Below are positions 55,935-63,357 of a stretch of 63,357 nt of DNA, in pieces. Position numbers and translations under genes: made by a program. Where the stretch lies: positions 1 to 63,357 of IMG/VR virus record IMGVR_UViG_3300011116_000174. One strand, written 5' to 3'. The notes beneath the pieces were generated by a model. It did no database searches. It was not told the DNA's origin and saw only the letters and a program-made list of their open reading frames with translations. The number at the start of each line of letters is the position of its first letter. The first letter of the stretch is position 1. This DNA comes from a virus. Taxonomy: Duplodnaviria; Caudoviricetes.

Positions 55935-56351
55935 TTATGGACGTCGTGATCGTTTGATCTCTTTCGTCCGCACAGTTTTAGGAACTTTTACCTTCCTCTT
56001 TTTTGGCTTGGAAGATTGTTTTGGTTTAATCTCCCTAGTCAAAACCTTTCGCAACGTCTGATCGCCAAGCGCCCGACGTCTACTTCTAATTGATTCCGTA
56101 ATCCCATCATGACAAGACTCGCATAACATAATCACGTCGTTGATAGTTTCCTCACCCCATGTGTCGTAGTGTCGATGATGTAACTCCATAGCGTATTCTT
56201 CGCTTGACCGCCAACATGTTCCGCACTGATACATTTGTTGTAGCGCTTTTAGGTTACGCAACTGAAACCAATGATCGGGATTTGGGTGGGACTTCGCGGG
56301 ACGTAGGACTTTATGTCCGTCGATCTCCCTAACTCTTTTCAATTGAGTCAT
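55935..56351 (-). CDS. HNH endonuclease with basic C-terminal tail
   Basis: CGTC...ELHHRHY..WGEE...LCESCH. Confidence 0.8.
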   Translation of the reverse strand: MTQLKRVREIDGHKVLRPAKSHPNPDHWFQLRNLKALQQMYQCGTCWRSSEEYAMELHHRHYDTWGEETINDVIMLCESCHDGITESIRSRRRALGDQTLRKVLTREIKPKQSSKPKKRKVKVPKTVRTKEIKRSRRP

Positions 56352-56643
56352 ACTTTAGCCTTCCAAATACTGTTGTACTGCCCAAACTTAACTTTTGGGT
56401 ATGTCTTGCTCTTTTAAGTGCTTCATCAAAAGGGTCATCCTCTTCTGCATGTAACAACTCTTTCATAACATCTCTAGTAAATTCGTCCGCCACTAACTTG
56501 CGTGCTTCATCGGTAAGTGGTTTTAGTTCGTTAGGAATGTATTCGTTATATTCAGCCAAAAGCGGAACCCACCTACCGCCCTTCATAAACTCCTCGGGGT
56601 GTGTCTTGATACGCTCGAGCAATAACCGGACGCCCTCGTTCAT
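56329..56643 (-). CDS. Hypothetical protein
   Basis: LLERIKTHPEEF; coupled. Confidence 0.7.
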   Translation of the reverse strand: MNEGVRLLLERIKTHPEEFMKGGRWVPLLAEYNEYIPNELKPLTDEARKLVADEFTRDVMKELLHAEEDDPFDEALKRARHTQKLSLGSTTVFGRLKYDSIEKS

Positions 56644-56918
56644 AAGATTTCCTCAAGGTCTTTTAGTCTTGCGCCCTCGGTTACATACTTGACCCGAGCA
56701 TCGCTATCGCATGGTGTTAGCTTTACCAATTTCTTTTTGACAAGCTTCTTGGTCAGGCGCGAGTGCAAGTTTGCCGGCGATCCCAAGTGCTTACAGTCTT
56801 CCAACACGTTGGTTACTCGCTCGTTCATACCCACACCAAGCAACATTAAATCAATACTATCTATACCGAACTTGGCATGCACCATGTTTAGTGTGTTCCC
56901 TATTTTTTCTACCTTCAT
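56640..56918 (-). CDS. Winged-helix (MarR-like) protein
   Basis: SPANLHSRL.KKLV..KLV...D.RVKYV. Confidence 0.6.
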   Translation of the reverse strand: MKVEKIGNTLNMVHAKFGIDSIDLMLLGVGMNERVTNVLEDCKHLGSPANLHSRLTKKLVKKKLVKLTPCDSDARVKYVTEGARLKDLEEIL

Positions 56919-57145
56919 CTTACTTTCCTATACTTAATTGGTATTGTGCCGTCCGTATGTAATACAACTTTGCCGTCTTGCAACAACTCTTTTAAATACC
57001 TGCCCGCCGTATACTTATGAACGCGTAGATACTTTGCTACTTCGCTTATTGTTTTTGGGTTTCCCTTTAATAGCCGTAGCACTTGCGCGTGTCTTACGCG
57101 CTTCGGCTCTTTTACGCATTTCGATACCCTTCTTCGCGTTTTCAT
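56915..57145 (-). CDS. Winged HTH protein
   Basis: PKTISEVAKYLRVHKYTAGRYLKELLQDGKV. Confidence 0.65.
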   Translation of the reverse strand: MKTRRRVSKCVKEPKRVRHAQVLRLLKGNPKTISEVAKYLRVHKYTAGRYLKELLQDGKVVLHTDGTIPIKYRKVR

Positions 57146-57281
57146 TTTGTTTTAGGTAATCCTTAATAATTGCTATAAATCCCTCTTGCACTAGAAACTG
57201 CAAGCCCTCTTTATCAAAGTCAAGCGTAACAACCCCCGACCCATCTTTGTTTTCTCTAACCATCGTGGCTTCAATTTTCAC
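57015..57281 (-). CDS. Hypothetical protein
   Basis: GTG start after GAGGAG; ENKDGS...LDFD. Confidence 0.6.
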   Translation of the reverse strand: MKIEATMVRENKDGSGVVTLDFDKEGLQFLVQEGFIAIIKDYLKQNENAKKGIEMRKRAEARKTRASATAIKGKPKNNKRSSKVSTRS

Positions 57282-57540
57282 GTTTTCTCCTCTCGATTTC
57301 TCGTTTAACATACCAAACTGCTTTTTCCAAATCCTCAATCGCATCGCCTTTTAAGTCGGCGCGCCATATGTATTTCATCGCGTTGCCCAAACAAAAACTC
57401 ATGTGTTCTGTAATTTGTATACAGTCAATCCCACTGGGGTGCGACGTGTAATGCTTGGGATTATTTACGTTGTCAATAACCGCGTCTTCATAGCCCGGAT
57501 GATATGGTGCTTCTTCAACTTTTTTTTGATATTCATTCAT
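57271..57540 (-). CDS. DUF3310 (SaV-like) protein
   Basis: VNNPKHY...FCLGNAMKYIWRA..K...EDLEKA.WY. Confidence 0.85.
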   Translation of the reverse strand: MNEYQKKVEEAPYHPGYEDAVIDNVNNPKHYTSHPSGIDCIQITEHMSFCLGNAMKYIWRADLKGDAIEDLEKAVWYVKREIERRKREN

Positions 57541-57763
57541 TTGATTTTTGTTCTTTCAACTTTGATTTTAAAACTTTGTTTTCCATAATTAGGTGGTCAA
57601 TTATTTTGAGATGTTCGGCGTGCCGGTCTTCCATTACTTTGACCATTCTTTCAAATTGATGTTGCCAACCCTGCATACTCGAGACTAACTGTTTAGAGTG
57701 ATACCAAACAAAGTCTTTAGTGATGCCCTCTACTGTTACGTTGTCTTTTATTTCATCAATCAT
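57533..57763 (-). CDS. Hypothetical protein
   Basis: Coupled ORF. Confidence 0.65.
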   Translation of the reverse strand: MIDEIKDNVTVEGITKDFVWYHSKQLVSSMQGWQHQFERMVKVMEDRHAEHLKIIDHLIMENKVLKSKLKEQKSNE

Positions 57764-57960
57764 TTAATCCCATGCCTCCTTCTTCTTTGTGCGGTTGCCC
57801 GATTGTTTCTTTGTACTGCCATACCAAGTTCTTTTGTTTCTTCATCGTAAGCCCACACAACATCATGGACTAACCCACAATCACAACAAGCCAATCTATA
57901 CAGTTCACCTAAAGGCACAACAAACCCCTCTCCGTCAGTTCTTTGTATGTATCGGGTCAT
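57760..57960 (-). CDS. Small Cys-motif protein
   Basis: MTRYIQ...CCDCGLVH. Confidence 0.65.
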   Translation of the reverse strand: MTRYIQRTDGEGFVVPLGELYRLACCDCGLVHDVVWAYDEETKELGMAVQRNNRATAQRRRRHGIK

Positions 57961-58223
57961 TCTTGACCTCTTGTTAATGCTTGATGATATCCTTCTAAAA
58001 ACCACGCCCTTGCACATTCTATGTTTGATTGATTACTTGTATCTAATGAATCCCAAACGGCAGTAGCTTCATCGCATATATCACTCCATGACCTATTTTT
58101 ATTGTTTGTTTGTGTGTCTAATTGGTCATAATGTCGCTGAATCATGTGTAAGTCTTTTTCCAACTCCGCTATTCGGTCTGCTTGTAGCTTTACTAACTCA
58201 TTGATTTCGTCATTGTCAGTCAT
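57957..58223 (-). CDS. Hypothetical protein
   Basis: Coupled ORF; QADRIAELEK. Confidence 0.65.
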   Translation of the reverse strand: MTDNDEINELVKLQADRIAELEKDLHMIQRHYDQLDTQTNNKNRSWSDICDEATAVWDSLDTSNQSNIECARAWFLEGYHQALTRGQE

Positions 58224-58450
58224 TTAATCCCATGCCTTTCTTTTAATAAAGATTTAGCAACATCTTGGTATTCATAATCCATAGCATTTACTGTAGCTAT
58301 CCAATCTAAGGCTTTTTCCAACTCCGCTATTCGGTCTGCTTGTTGGCGAAGCATATTGGCAACCTCTTGCATCCAATTAACATTAAAACCTTTTTGTTTT
58401 TCAGCGTTGTAATGTTCCATAACTTCATCTGCTAGTTCGTATGCGTTCAT
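58220..58450 (-). CDS. Hypothetical protein
   Basis: MNAYELAD...QADRIAELEK. Confidence 0.65.
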   Translation of the reverse strand: MNAYELADEVMEHYNAEKQKGFNVNWMQEVANMLRQQADRIAELEKALDWIATVNAMDYEYQDVAKSLLKERHGIK

Positions 58451-58517
58451 TCTTTCCCTTTCGGTAAAGTTTGCTTAGTGTTGCCCACATCTTGAGCATT
58501 ATTTCCCGATCGGTTCA

Positions 58518-58685
58518 TTACCATTTCTCCGACAATAATTCATCAACACGTTTACGCAACGCAGTGTTTTCCTCTTTCAATCTGTTCAGTTCCTCTTGAA
58601 CAATCTGTATCTGTTTACGCAACATCAACTCTGTATCTTCCACATCTTGCAACCACCCAAAAAACGGTATCGGCTCATTCATCAT
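58518..58685 (-). CDS. Small coiled-coil protein (55 aa)
   Basis: Not in ORF track; MMNEPIPFFGW...LKEENTALRKRV. Confidence 0.55.
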   Translation of the reverse strand: MMNEPIPFFGWLQDVEDTELMLRKQIQIVQEELNRLKEENTALRKRVDELLSEKW

Positions 58686-59025
58686 CTGTCCCCTTTAACA
58701 AATCAAAAAACGCACCGACGTCTTTCTGTTCCCGCTTGTGCAACACGTTTAGAAATGTCTTTAGCGTTTCAATCCCATTCTCATTAACCGCAATAGCATA
58801 GCCACCTGCACTAGATATATCCATCAGGTTCTTTTCTTGAAGCCCAGTTGGTTTACCTTTGCCTGCCTTGCACTCGATACCGACAAACTTACCGCCGATA
58901 CAAGCGACAAGGTCAGGCACTCCTGATCTACCATACCCACCAGTAGCGGGCATGAAGTAGTAAGCGCCGACCTCGGCTAGTAACTTCTTTACCTTGTCTT
59001 TGACTTTTTTCTCAGGCGTTGTCAT
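58675..59025 (-). CDS. VRR-NUC (PD-(D/E)XK) nuclease
   Basis: TPEKKVK, GVPDL, IECKAG.GKPT.LQ. Confidence 0.85.
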   Translation of the reverse strand: MTTPEKKVKDKVKKLLAEVGAYYFMPATGGYGRSGVPDLVACIGGKFVGIECKAGKGKPTGLQEKNLMDISSAGGYAIAVNENGIETLKTFLNVLHKREQKDVGAFFDLLKGTDDE

Positions 59026-59034
59026 AAACTTCTT

Positions 59035-59178
59035 TCAGCATCCAATTGGACGGAACGGCCCATCAGTTCTGATGTCCCAACAACATGTCCCACCGCTTGG
59101 GCTACGCTCACACTTGATTTGTGCTTGCACGTTCCATGACAACATACCAACAACTAATACTAATAATGCTTTTTTCAT
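59035..59178 (-). CDS. Small secreted Cys-rich peptide (47 aa)
   Basis: Not in ORF track; signal peptide MKKALLVLVVGMLSWNVQA, four Cys. Confidence 0.6.
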   Translation of the reverse strand: MKKALLVLVVGMLSWNVQAQIKCERSPSGGTCCWDIRTDGPFRPIGC

Positions 59179-59381
59179 TTCACTCTCCTTTTAGGTTTTA
59201 CTGCAACAATACCCGCTTCCTCGGGTTCTTTTGGTTCGCGCGCTTTCATCATCTGATCGGCATACTCATACGCAGTTAAGGACGCAGACTCCGTATCCTC
59301 ACCGCCATACTTAACTATGATCCCGACCAAAGCCAAGCCCGCAAACACATCTCTCAACATCTCTTTATCTTGTTCGCTCAA
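59175..59381 (-). CDS. Hypothetical protein
   Basis: LRDVFAGLAL...AYEYADQMMKAR; TTGA overlap. Confidence 0.65.
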   Translation of the reverse strand: MSEQDKEMLRDVFAGLALVGIIVKYGGEDTESASLTAYEYADQMMKAREPKEPEEAGIVAVKPKRRVK

Positions 59382-59560
59382 AATAAAGCCTCCCCACAAA
59401 TACGCATAGCCAGTGCGTATGGTGTTTCAACCTCGCGCTTGACCGATTTAACTACAACAAGTTTCATATCTTCCTTACCTTCCATAAAGCGTTCGGCTTC
59501 GTCTTTCCAATTAAAAATCCGTAATAGTCCCATGTCGTCGTGCACTTGATAACTTCTCAT
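59378..59560 (-). CDS. Hypothetical protein
   Basis: Coupled ORF. Confidence 0.65.
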   Translation of the reverse strand: MRSYQVHDDMGLLRIFNWKDEAERFMEGKEDMKLVVVKSVKREVETPYALAMRICGEALF

Positions 59561-59873
59561 GGAAATCCCCCCATTCGTTTGGTGTTACGTCTATATAAAA
59601 ACTATCCGGGCTCAACCACTTGCCTATGCCTTCCACATAGCCGCGTTCACCATGCACTTTAAGTATGGCGACCTTGTCAGTAATAAACGCAGGTAGGTGT
59701 TCTACCTTGCACGAAACTACTGGGGGTATAAACATCTTGCCCCCCAACATGTGAACTTCATCGTGCCCGATAAATTGAACTCGGATAGTGGCGGGACGGT
59801 CTTTGAAAGAATTAAGCAATCGCCTAACGTCTTCATCAAACCGCCGTCTTTTCTCCACGTCGGATTTAAACAC
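59511..59873 (-). CDS. Hypothetical protein
   Basis: GTG after AAGGAG; LP.FI..K.A.LK. Confidence 0.65.
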   Translation of the reverse strand: MFKSDVEKRRRFDEDVRRLLNSFKDRPATIRVQFIGHDEVHMLGGKMFIPPVVSCKVEHLPAFITDKVAILKVHGERGYVEGIGKWLSPDSFYIDVTPNEWGDFHEKLSSARRHGTITDF

Positions 59874-59905
59874 CCTTACTCCTTAATTTTGTAATATGTC
59901 TAATG

Positions 59906-59934
59906 ATTGTAACTACACTAAATTACAAAATCAA
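59906..59934 (-). promoter_or_regulatory. Putative sigma70 promoter
   Basis: TTGATT-17 nt-TACAAT. Confidence 0.55.
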
Positions 59935-60735
59935 CTACACATACACAAAATATTTTTGGTGTTTACCCTTATATCCAACCTCGGGAATAATTTGCTCGTC
60001 GCCCATAATCTTTAGTAAGGCTATGGCATCTCTATGTTTCTCGGGTAGAGCGTCAGCACTAGGCAATTCGGCTTGAACTCCGTCGTGGGTTATATAAATA
60101 ACCTTCTCATCGCGGAACATAATCGAGTCAGCTTTAGCTTTTATGCTCTTACGACGTTGATTTTCTTGCCATTCAGGAAACTTCTCGACCATACGCTTAA
60201 ACGCTTCAGTCTTGAACGTAACACCCAAACTTAAAAGATGTTGTAGTTCTTCAGCCACTTCGTTTGCACCGGGTCTAAACATCCACTGCAAGCTATCGCT
60301 CTCGTCCCTCCAATTTGCATGTGCTTTGAGCGCGTTGTTGCGTTCTTCGGCAACCAACTCAATCCATTCAAACGGCTTAACAAACTCCAAGATATGTTTG
60401 ATAGCTTTCTTTGGGTCTTTACTCCGTTTTGACCTATGCTCGTCCCTGTTCCAAGCATGAAAACGATCATTCTGAATCTTGCGGGACGTCGTAACATACT
60501 CTTTGTCATTACGAGAACCCCAAGCCCACCGCACAGTGCCGACCGCACCAACCTCTTTCTCATCAAAGCGCGGGTCTCTGAATATCAGTGTCCAAAACTC
60601 AGGGTTATTTGCGTCTTGCTTTGCTGATACTGTCAGACAGTATTGCAACTTGTTGTGCTTTATCATCAGATCGTCCAACAAAACCTTGATCGGTTCTGAT
60701 AACACATTTGTGTCAATATTAACTTGTTGTAGCAT
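59935..60735 (-). CDS. Hypothetical protein
   Basis: 266 aa; GGAGG RBS. Confidence 0.8.
   Translation of the reverse strand: MLQQVNIDTNVLSEPIKVLLDDLMIKHNKLQYCLTVSAKQDANNPEFWTLIFRDPRFDEKEVGAVGTVRWAWGSRNDKEYVTTSRKIQNDRFHAWNRDEHRSKRSKDPKKAIKHILEFVKPFEWIELVAEERNNALKAHANWRDESDSLQWMFRPGANEVAEELQHLLSLGVTFKTEAFKRMVEKFPEWQENQRRKSIKAKADSIMFRDEKVIYITHDGVQAELPSADALPEKHRDAIALLKIMGDEQIIPEVGYKGKHQKYFVYV
60627..60643. promoter_or_regulatory. 17-bp palindrome (intragenic)
   Basis: ATACTGTCAGACAGTAT. Confidence 0.75.
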
Positions 60736-61135
60736 GATCTTCCTCCTTGATAACTTTGTCTAAATCTTCGTCCAACACACCTGTTTCCAACGACTTCACT
60801 ACATACGGATACTCTAAGTCCCAACCCATTTCTCCATAAGCGTCCTCAGAAACGTCCTCCATGTTCTCGCCCGACCTTGCAAACCTGCACGCAAACTCCT
60901 CGTCATAGGCTTCTGCCATGTTTAGTATTTCGGCAAACGCTTTGTCTGATTCGTCATACCACTTCCAATAGCTATGCTTAAACATAATGTATTTACGCTT
61001 TTGGCGATCCTCAAAGTAATACATGTTGTCGAGCATTTCTTTTAGTGTGTCGTCTGCCTTTATCCTCATCAGTGATATAAACTTCTCGGGCTCTTTAACT
61101 TGTAGGCAAAATGCCACCTCGCTTCTATACCCCAT
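60719..61135 (-). CDS. Hypothetical protein
   Basis: MGYRSEV...KWY...RSGE. Confidence 0.75.
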   Translation of the reverse strand: MGYRSEVAFCLQVKEPEKFISLMRIKADDTLKEMLDNMYYFEDRQKRKYIMFKHSYWKWYDESDKAFAEILNMAEAYDEEFACRFARSGENMEDVSEDAYGEMGWDLEYPYVVKSLETGVLDEDLDKVIKEEDHATTS

Positions 61136-61331
61136 CTTTGACCTCCACTAATCTAGCGTCGCCATCTTCATCCAAAACTGCTTTTGCCTTACCTTCGGCG
61201 ATCAATTTAATTGACATACCCAAAAGCAATATTGCTCTAGTTCTGTTCTCAGCACGCTCTTTGAAATAGAACATAAAACCAGTCATGACCGCGCCCCATA
61301 TCAAACTAATTAGAACAATAAGATCACTCAT
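61125..61331 (-). CDS. Small membrane protein
   Basis: N-terminal TM helix. Confidence 0.65.
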   Translation of the reverse strand: MSDLIVLISLIWGAVMTGFMFYFKERAENRTRAILLLGMSIKLIAEGKAKAVLDEDGDARLVEVKDGV

Positions 61332-61506
61332 ACTTCCTCCTTGTTAGTCGTTCACATAACTTCACTACATCAGGCGGGTCTTTCTTGGTTACTTCGCCAC
61401 ACGCATAGACTGTTTTGTAATCTAGCGCATACTCGACAGACGTCTTGATTATTAAGACCTTAGTCCAAAGTAACAAGAACACACCCACCAGAATGAAGAA
61501 CTTCAT
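61324..61506 (-). CDS. Small membrane/secreted protein
   Basis: N-terminal hydrophobic stretch, two Cys. Confidence 0.6.
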   Translation of the reverse strand: MKFFILVGVFLLLWTKVLIIKTSVEYALDYKTVYACGEVTKKDPPDVVKLCERLTRRKYE

Positions 61507-61507
61507 T

Positions 61508-62347
61508 TCAGAACATGTTTAGAATTTCATCAACCTTGGACTTCACGTTACTTCTGATTGCTTCGCTCTCGCGAATATCCTCGGGCTCAACCCCTGCCAA
61601 TGCCTTCTCTAACTTCTGCCGAGCTTCCTCTAACTTGGGGTCATTGGTAACGTTCAGGCTAGTAAGCAGTGAGCATAGCTCGGTAGCATTGGTAATAGTG
61701 CTATCCCAAAACTTCTTTTTATTCTCGTCCGTATAGTCCATACGATCACTCAAATGCTTGAGCGTATCGTGCAGACGAGTCCATGCGTCCTTCATAGCCT
61801 CGGCTAGTTTGGTCTCATAGTAGGATTTGTATTGTTGTTGTAGTTCAGCTTTAGCCTGTTCCTCAACATCTATTCTGAAATCCCCCGCGTCAGGCACAGG
61901 GCAGAACACATACTTAAATCCAAACTTACCACGCAAACTATCTGCGTCAGGATATTCCCCTCGGTCAAACAAATTGCCGAGCGTAAAGGCGGAAGTTGAT
62001 ACCAGTTGCGGATACTCTTGCAGAAACTCATCAACCGCTTGGTTATACTGTTGCTCAAAGTTGTTGAGCGTTGCCTTATATGCAAAGAAGTTTTTCATTG
62101 GCAACAACCGACTACCGCCATCACTCCATGGCAACGTGTTGTTATAGTTCCAAGTGCGGACAGCAGATACGATCTTCTGTATCTTTTCTAACTTGTCTGT
62201 CCCTGCCAATAACTTCTTATGGTAGTTACCCGCACGCGCCTTCGTGCCTTTACTTGCGTCTACTTCTTCGGATACTTTCTTATCCATCTTGCGACCAGTC
62301 CACACCGAAATGTTTAGGTCTACTAACATCGCTGAGTTGCTAATCAT
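61508..62347 (-). CDS. DUF3150-like protein
   Basis: AMLVDL.IS.WTGRK.DK, TLPW...G.RLLP, LN.TNDP.LE. Confidence 0.7.
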   Translation of the reverse strand: MISNSAMLVDLNISVWTGRKMDKKVSEEVDASKGTKARAGNYHKKLLAGTDKLEKIQKIVSAVRTWNYNNTLPWSDGGSRLLPMKNFFAYKATLNNFEQQYNQAVDEFLQEYPQLVSTSAFTLGNLFDRGEYPDADSLRGKFGFKYVFCPVPDAGDFRIDVEEQAKAELQQQYKSYYETKLAEAMKDAWTRLHDTLKHLSDRMDYTDENKKKFWDSTITNATELCSLLTSLNVTNDPKLEEARQKLEKALAGVEPEDIRESEAIRSNVKSKVDEILNMF

Positions 62348-62637
62348 AGTAATTCTCCTTGTGTTGTATTCAAAAGTTTTGCTACTGAGTGTGCTTCGTG
62401 CTTGGTCAAATTGTCAGATACGATTAGTGTTTTATCAATACCATCCCTGTCATATGCTTTTGGCACATTAAGTTTGGCGCAAGGTTTATATACTGTTGTC
62501 AATGAAGAAAGCCAATTCCACTGTTCTTTTTCTTTTATCTTAAACTCAACCACCTCAATCACACACCAATTTTTGTAGTGGGTTTTGTCAATCGCGTTTT
62601 CCTTCCTACGCTTTTCCCACCATGGTTTCTTTAACAT
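62344..62637 (-). CDS. Hypothetical protein
   Basis: Coupled ORF. Confidence 0.65.
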   Translation of the reverse strand: MLKKPWWEKRRKENAIDKTHYKNWCVIEVVEFKIKEKEQWNWLSSLTTVYKPCAKLNVPKAYDRDGIDKTLIVSDNLTKHEAHSVAKLLNTTQGELL

Positions 62638-62832
62638 TTATTCCTCCATAGGCACGATCCTCATCTTTAACTTAATACTGTCAGACAGTATTTGGTCTGC
62701 CAATATCTCGATAGCATTTGAGTGTGTGAGTTCTACACCCAAGTCCTGTTCCATCTTAGCCTTCGCCTTACGGAACTTCTCTTTTGCTTCAACCTTCAAC
62801 ATCAATGTTTCAAATCCATTAGCCTTCGCCAT
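62638..62832 (-). CDS. Small ribbon-helix-helix-like DNA-binding protein
   Basis: Strand FETLML, helix VEAKEKFRKAKAKMEQDLG, helix THSNAIEILAD; AAGGAG RBS. Confidence 0.55.
   Translation of the reverse strand: MAKANGFETLMLKVEAKEKFRKAKAKMEQDLGVELTHSNAIEILADQILSDSIKLKMRIVPMEE
62675..62691. promoter_or_regulatory. 17-bp palindrome (intragenic)
   Basis: ATACTGTCAGACAGTAT. Confidence 0.75.
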
Positions 62833-62845
62833 AGTCATTCTCCTT

Positions 62846-63357
62846 TTATTCACCAACATGTATAGAAATACCGCAGTCAGCAGTAATGTTCTTGCTTGTA
62901 ATACCCCAAAACACAGGGTGCGCCCAACGTCCCCAACTAGATACATAACCATCGGTCAGCATGATTACGCACTCGGGTCTCATCTTATGTTCCAAGATGT
63001 AGTCAGATACACACGATGGATCAGTGCCACCACCGCCCTTGGGTTTAGTCGAACTCATCAGGGACTCATACTCGCCACGCTCATACTTCTCGTGTTGGCA
63101 TACCGCAGTATCCCAATACAACAAGTCGATACCCTCGGGCTGAACGTGATTGCAGATTGACAACAACTCGCCAAGGAACTGCCCGATCTCGTCTTGCCCG
63201 ATCGACCCCGACATATCAATACCCACAGTGATACGACCAACCGCCTCGCCGATCACGCTAGGTAGATACACACCCGACGCAACCAGTCTACGATTCGGAC
63301 GTCGCCATGTAGCGTTGTCCTTGTCGTTGCAGATGGACGATACAAAGTCTCGCAGGA
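62846..63357 (-). CDS. Metallopeptidase + VWA protein, 3' part (VWA domain)
   Basis: MIDAS motif IDMSGSI, GGGGT, LTDG. Confidence 0.85.
   Translation of the reverse strand, partial: LRDFVSSICNDKDNATWRRPNRRLVASGVYLPSVIGEAVGRITVGIDMSGSIGQDEIGQFLGELLSICNHVQPEGIDLLYWDTAVCQHEKYERGEYESLMSSTKPKGGGGTDPSCVSDYILEHKMRPECVIMLTDGYVSSWGRWAHPVFWGITSKNITADCGISIHVGE

Noticed and set aside
1-63357. Integrase/lysogeny module, tRNA genes, alternative genetic code
   Set aside because: None recognised by eye; genes are full-length under the standard code

Overview
A complete, circularly closed (168-bp end overlap, ~63.2 kb) tailed dsDNA phage genome with a podovirus-like virion module. No integrase, tRNA or CRISPR array is visible. 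Three blocks: (i) leftward early/accessory genes (~56.3k-63.2k continuing through 1-6.0k), including a MoxR-like AAA ATPase + metallopeptidase/VWA pair, consensus sigma70 promoters, 11 copies of a 17-bp palindrome and a strongly enriched GCGGGAC heptamer; (ii) rightward packaging/virion genes 6.4k-44.4k (TerL, portal, GroES, scaffold, major capsid, two paralogous LamG/SPRY fibres, lysozyme, ejection proteins, large polyvalent protein); (iii) a leftward replication module 44.4k-54.4k (primase-helicase, SSB-like, SNF2 helicase, PD-(D/E)XK nuclease, family A DNA polymerase). The standout is 54639-56351 (minus strand): an HNH nuclease gene, a Cas7/RAMP-like gene and a non-coding array of 11 units made of GGY-NN pentamers separated by 7-nt linkers. 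Reading only the variable NN dinucleotides as codon positions 1-2 spells conserved protein motifs of other mobile elements: a YqaJ-like exonuclease (KFLGGSDIGAILGL), tyrosine integrase motifs (LYTGLR; EAAYRRGDLLEK) and probably a related phage DNA polymerase. This points to an RNA-guided, wobble-skipping, anti-MGE DNA-targeting system that is not CRISPR. All family assignments are by eye from motifs and gene context; no searches were run.
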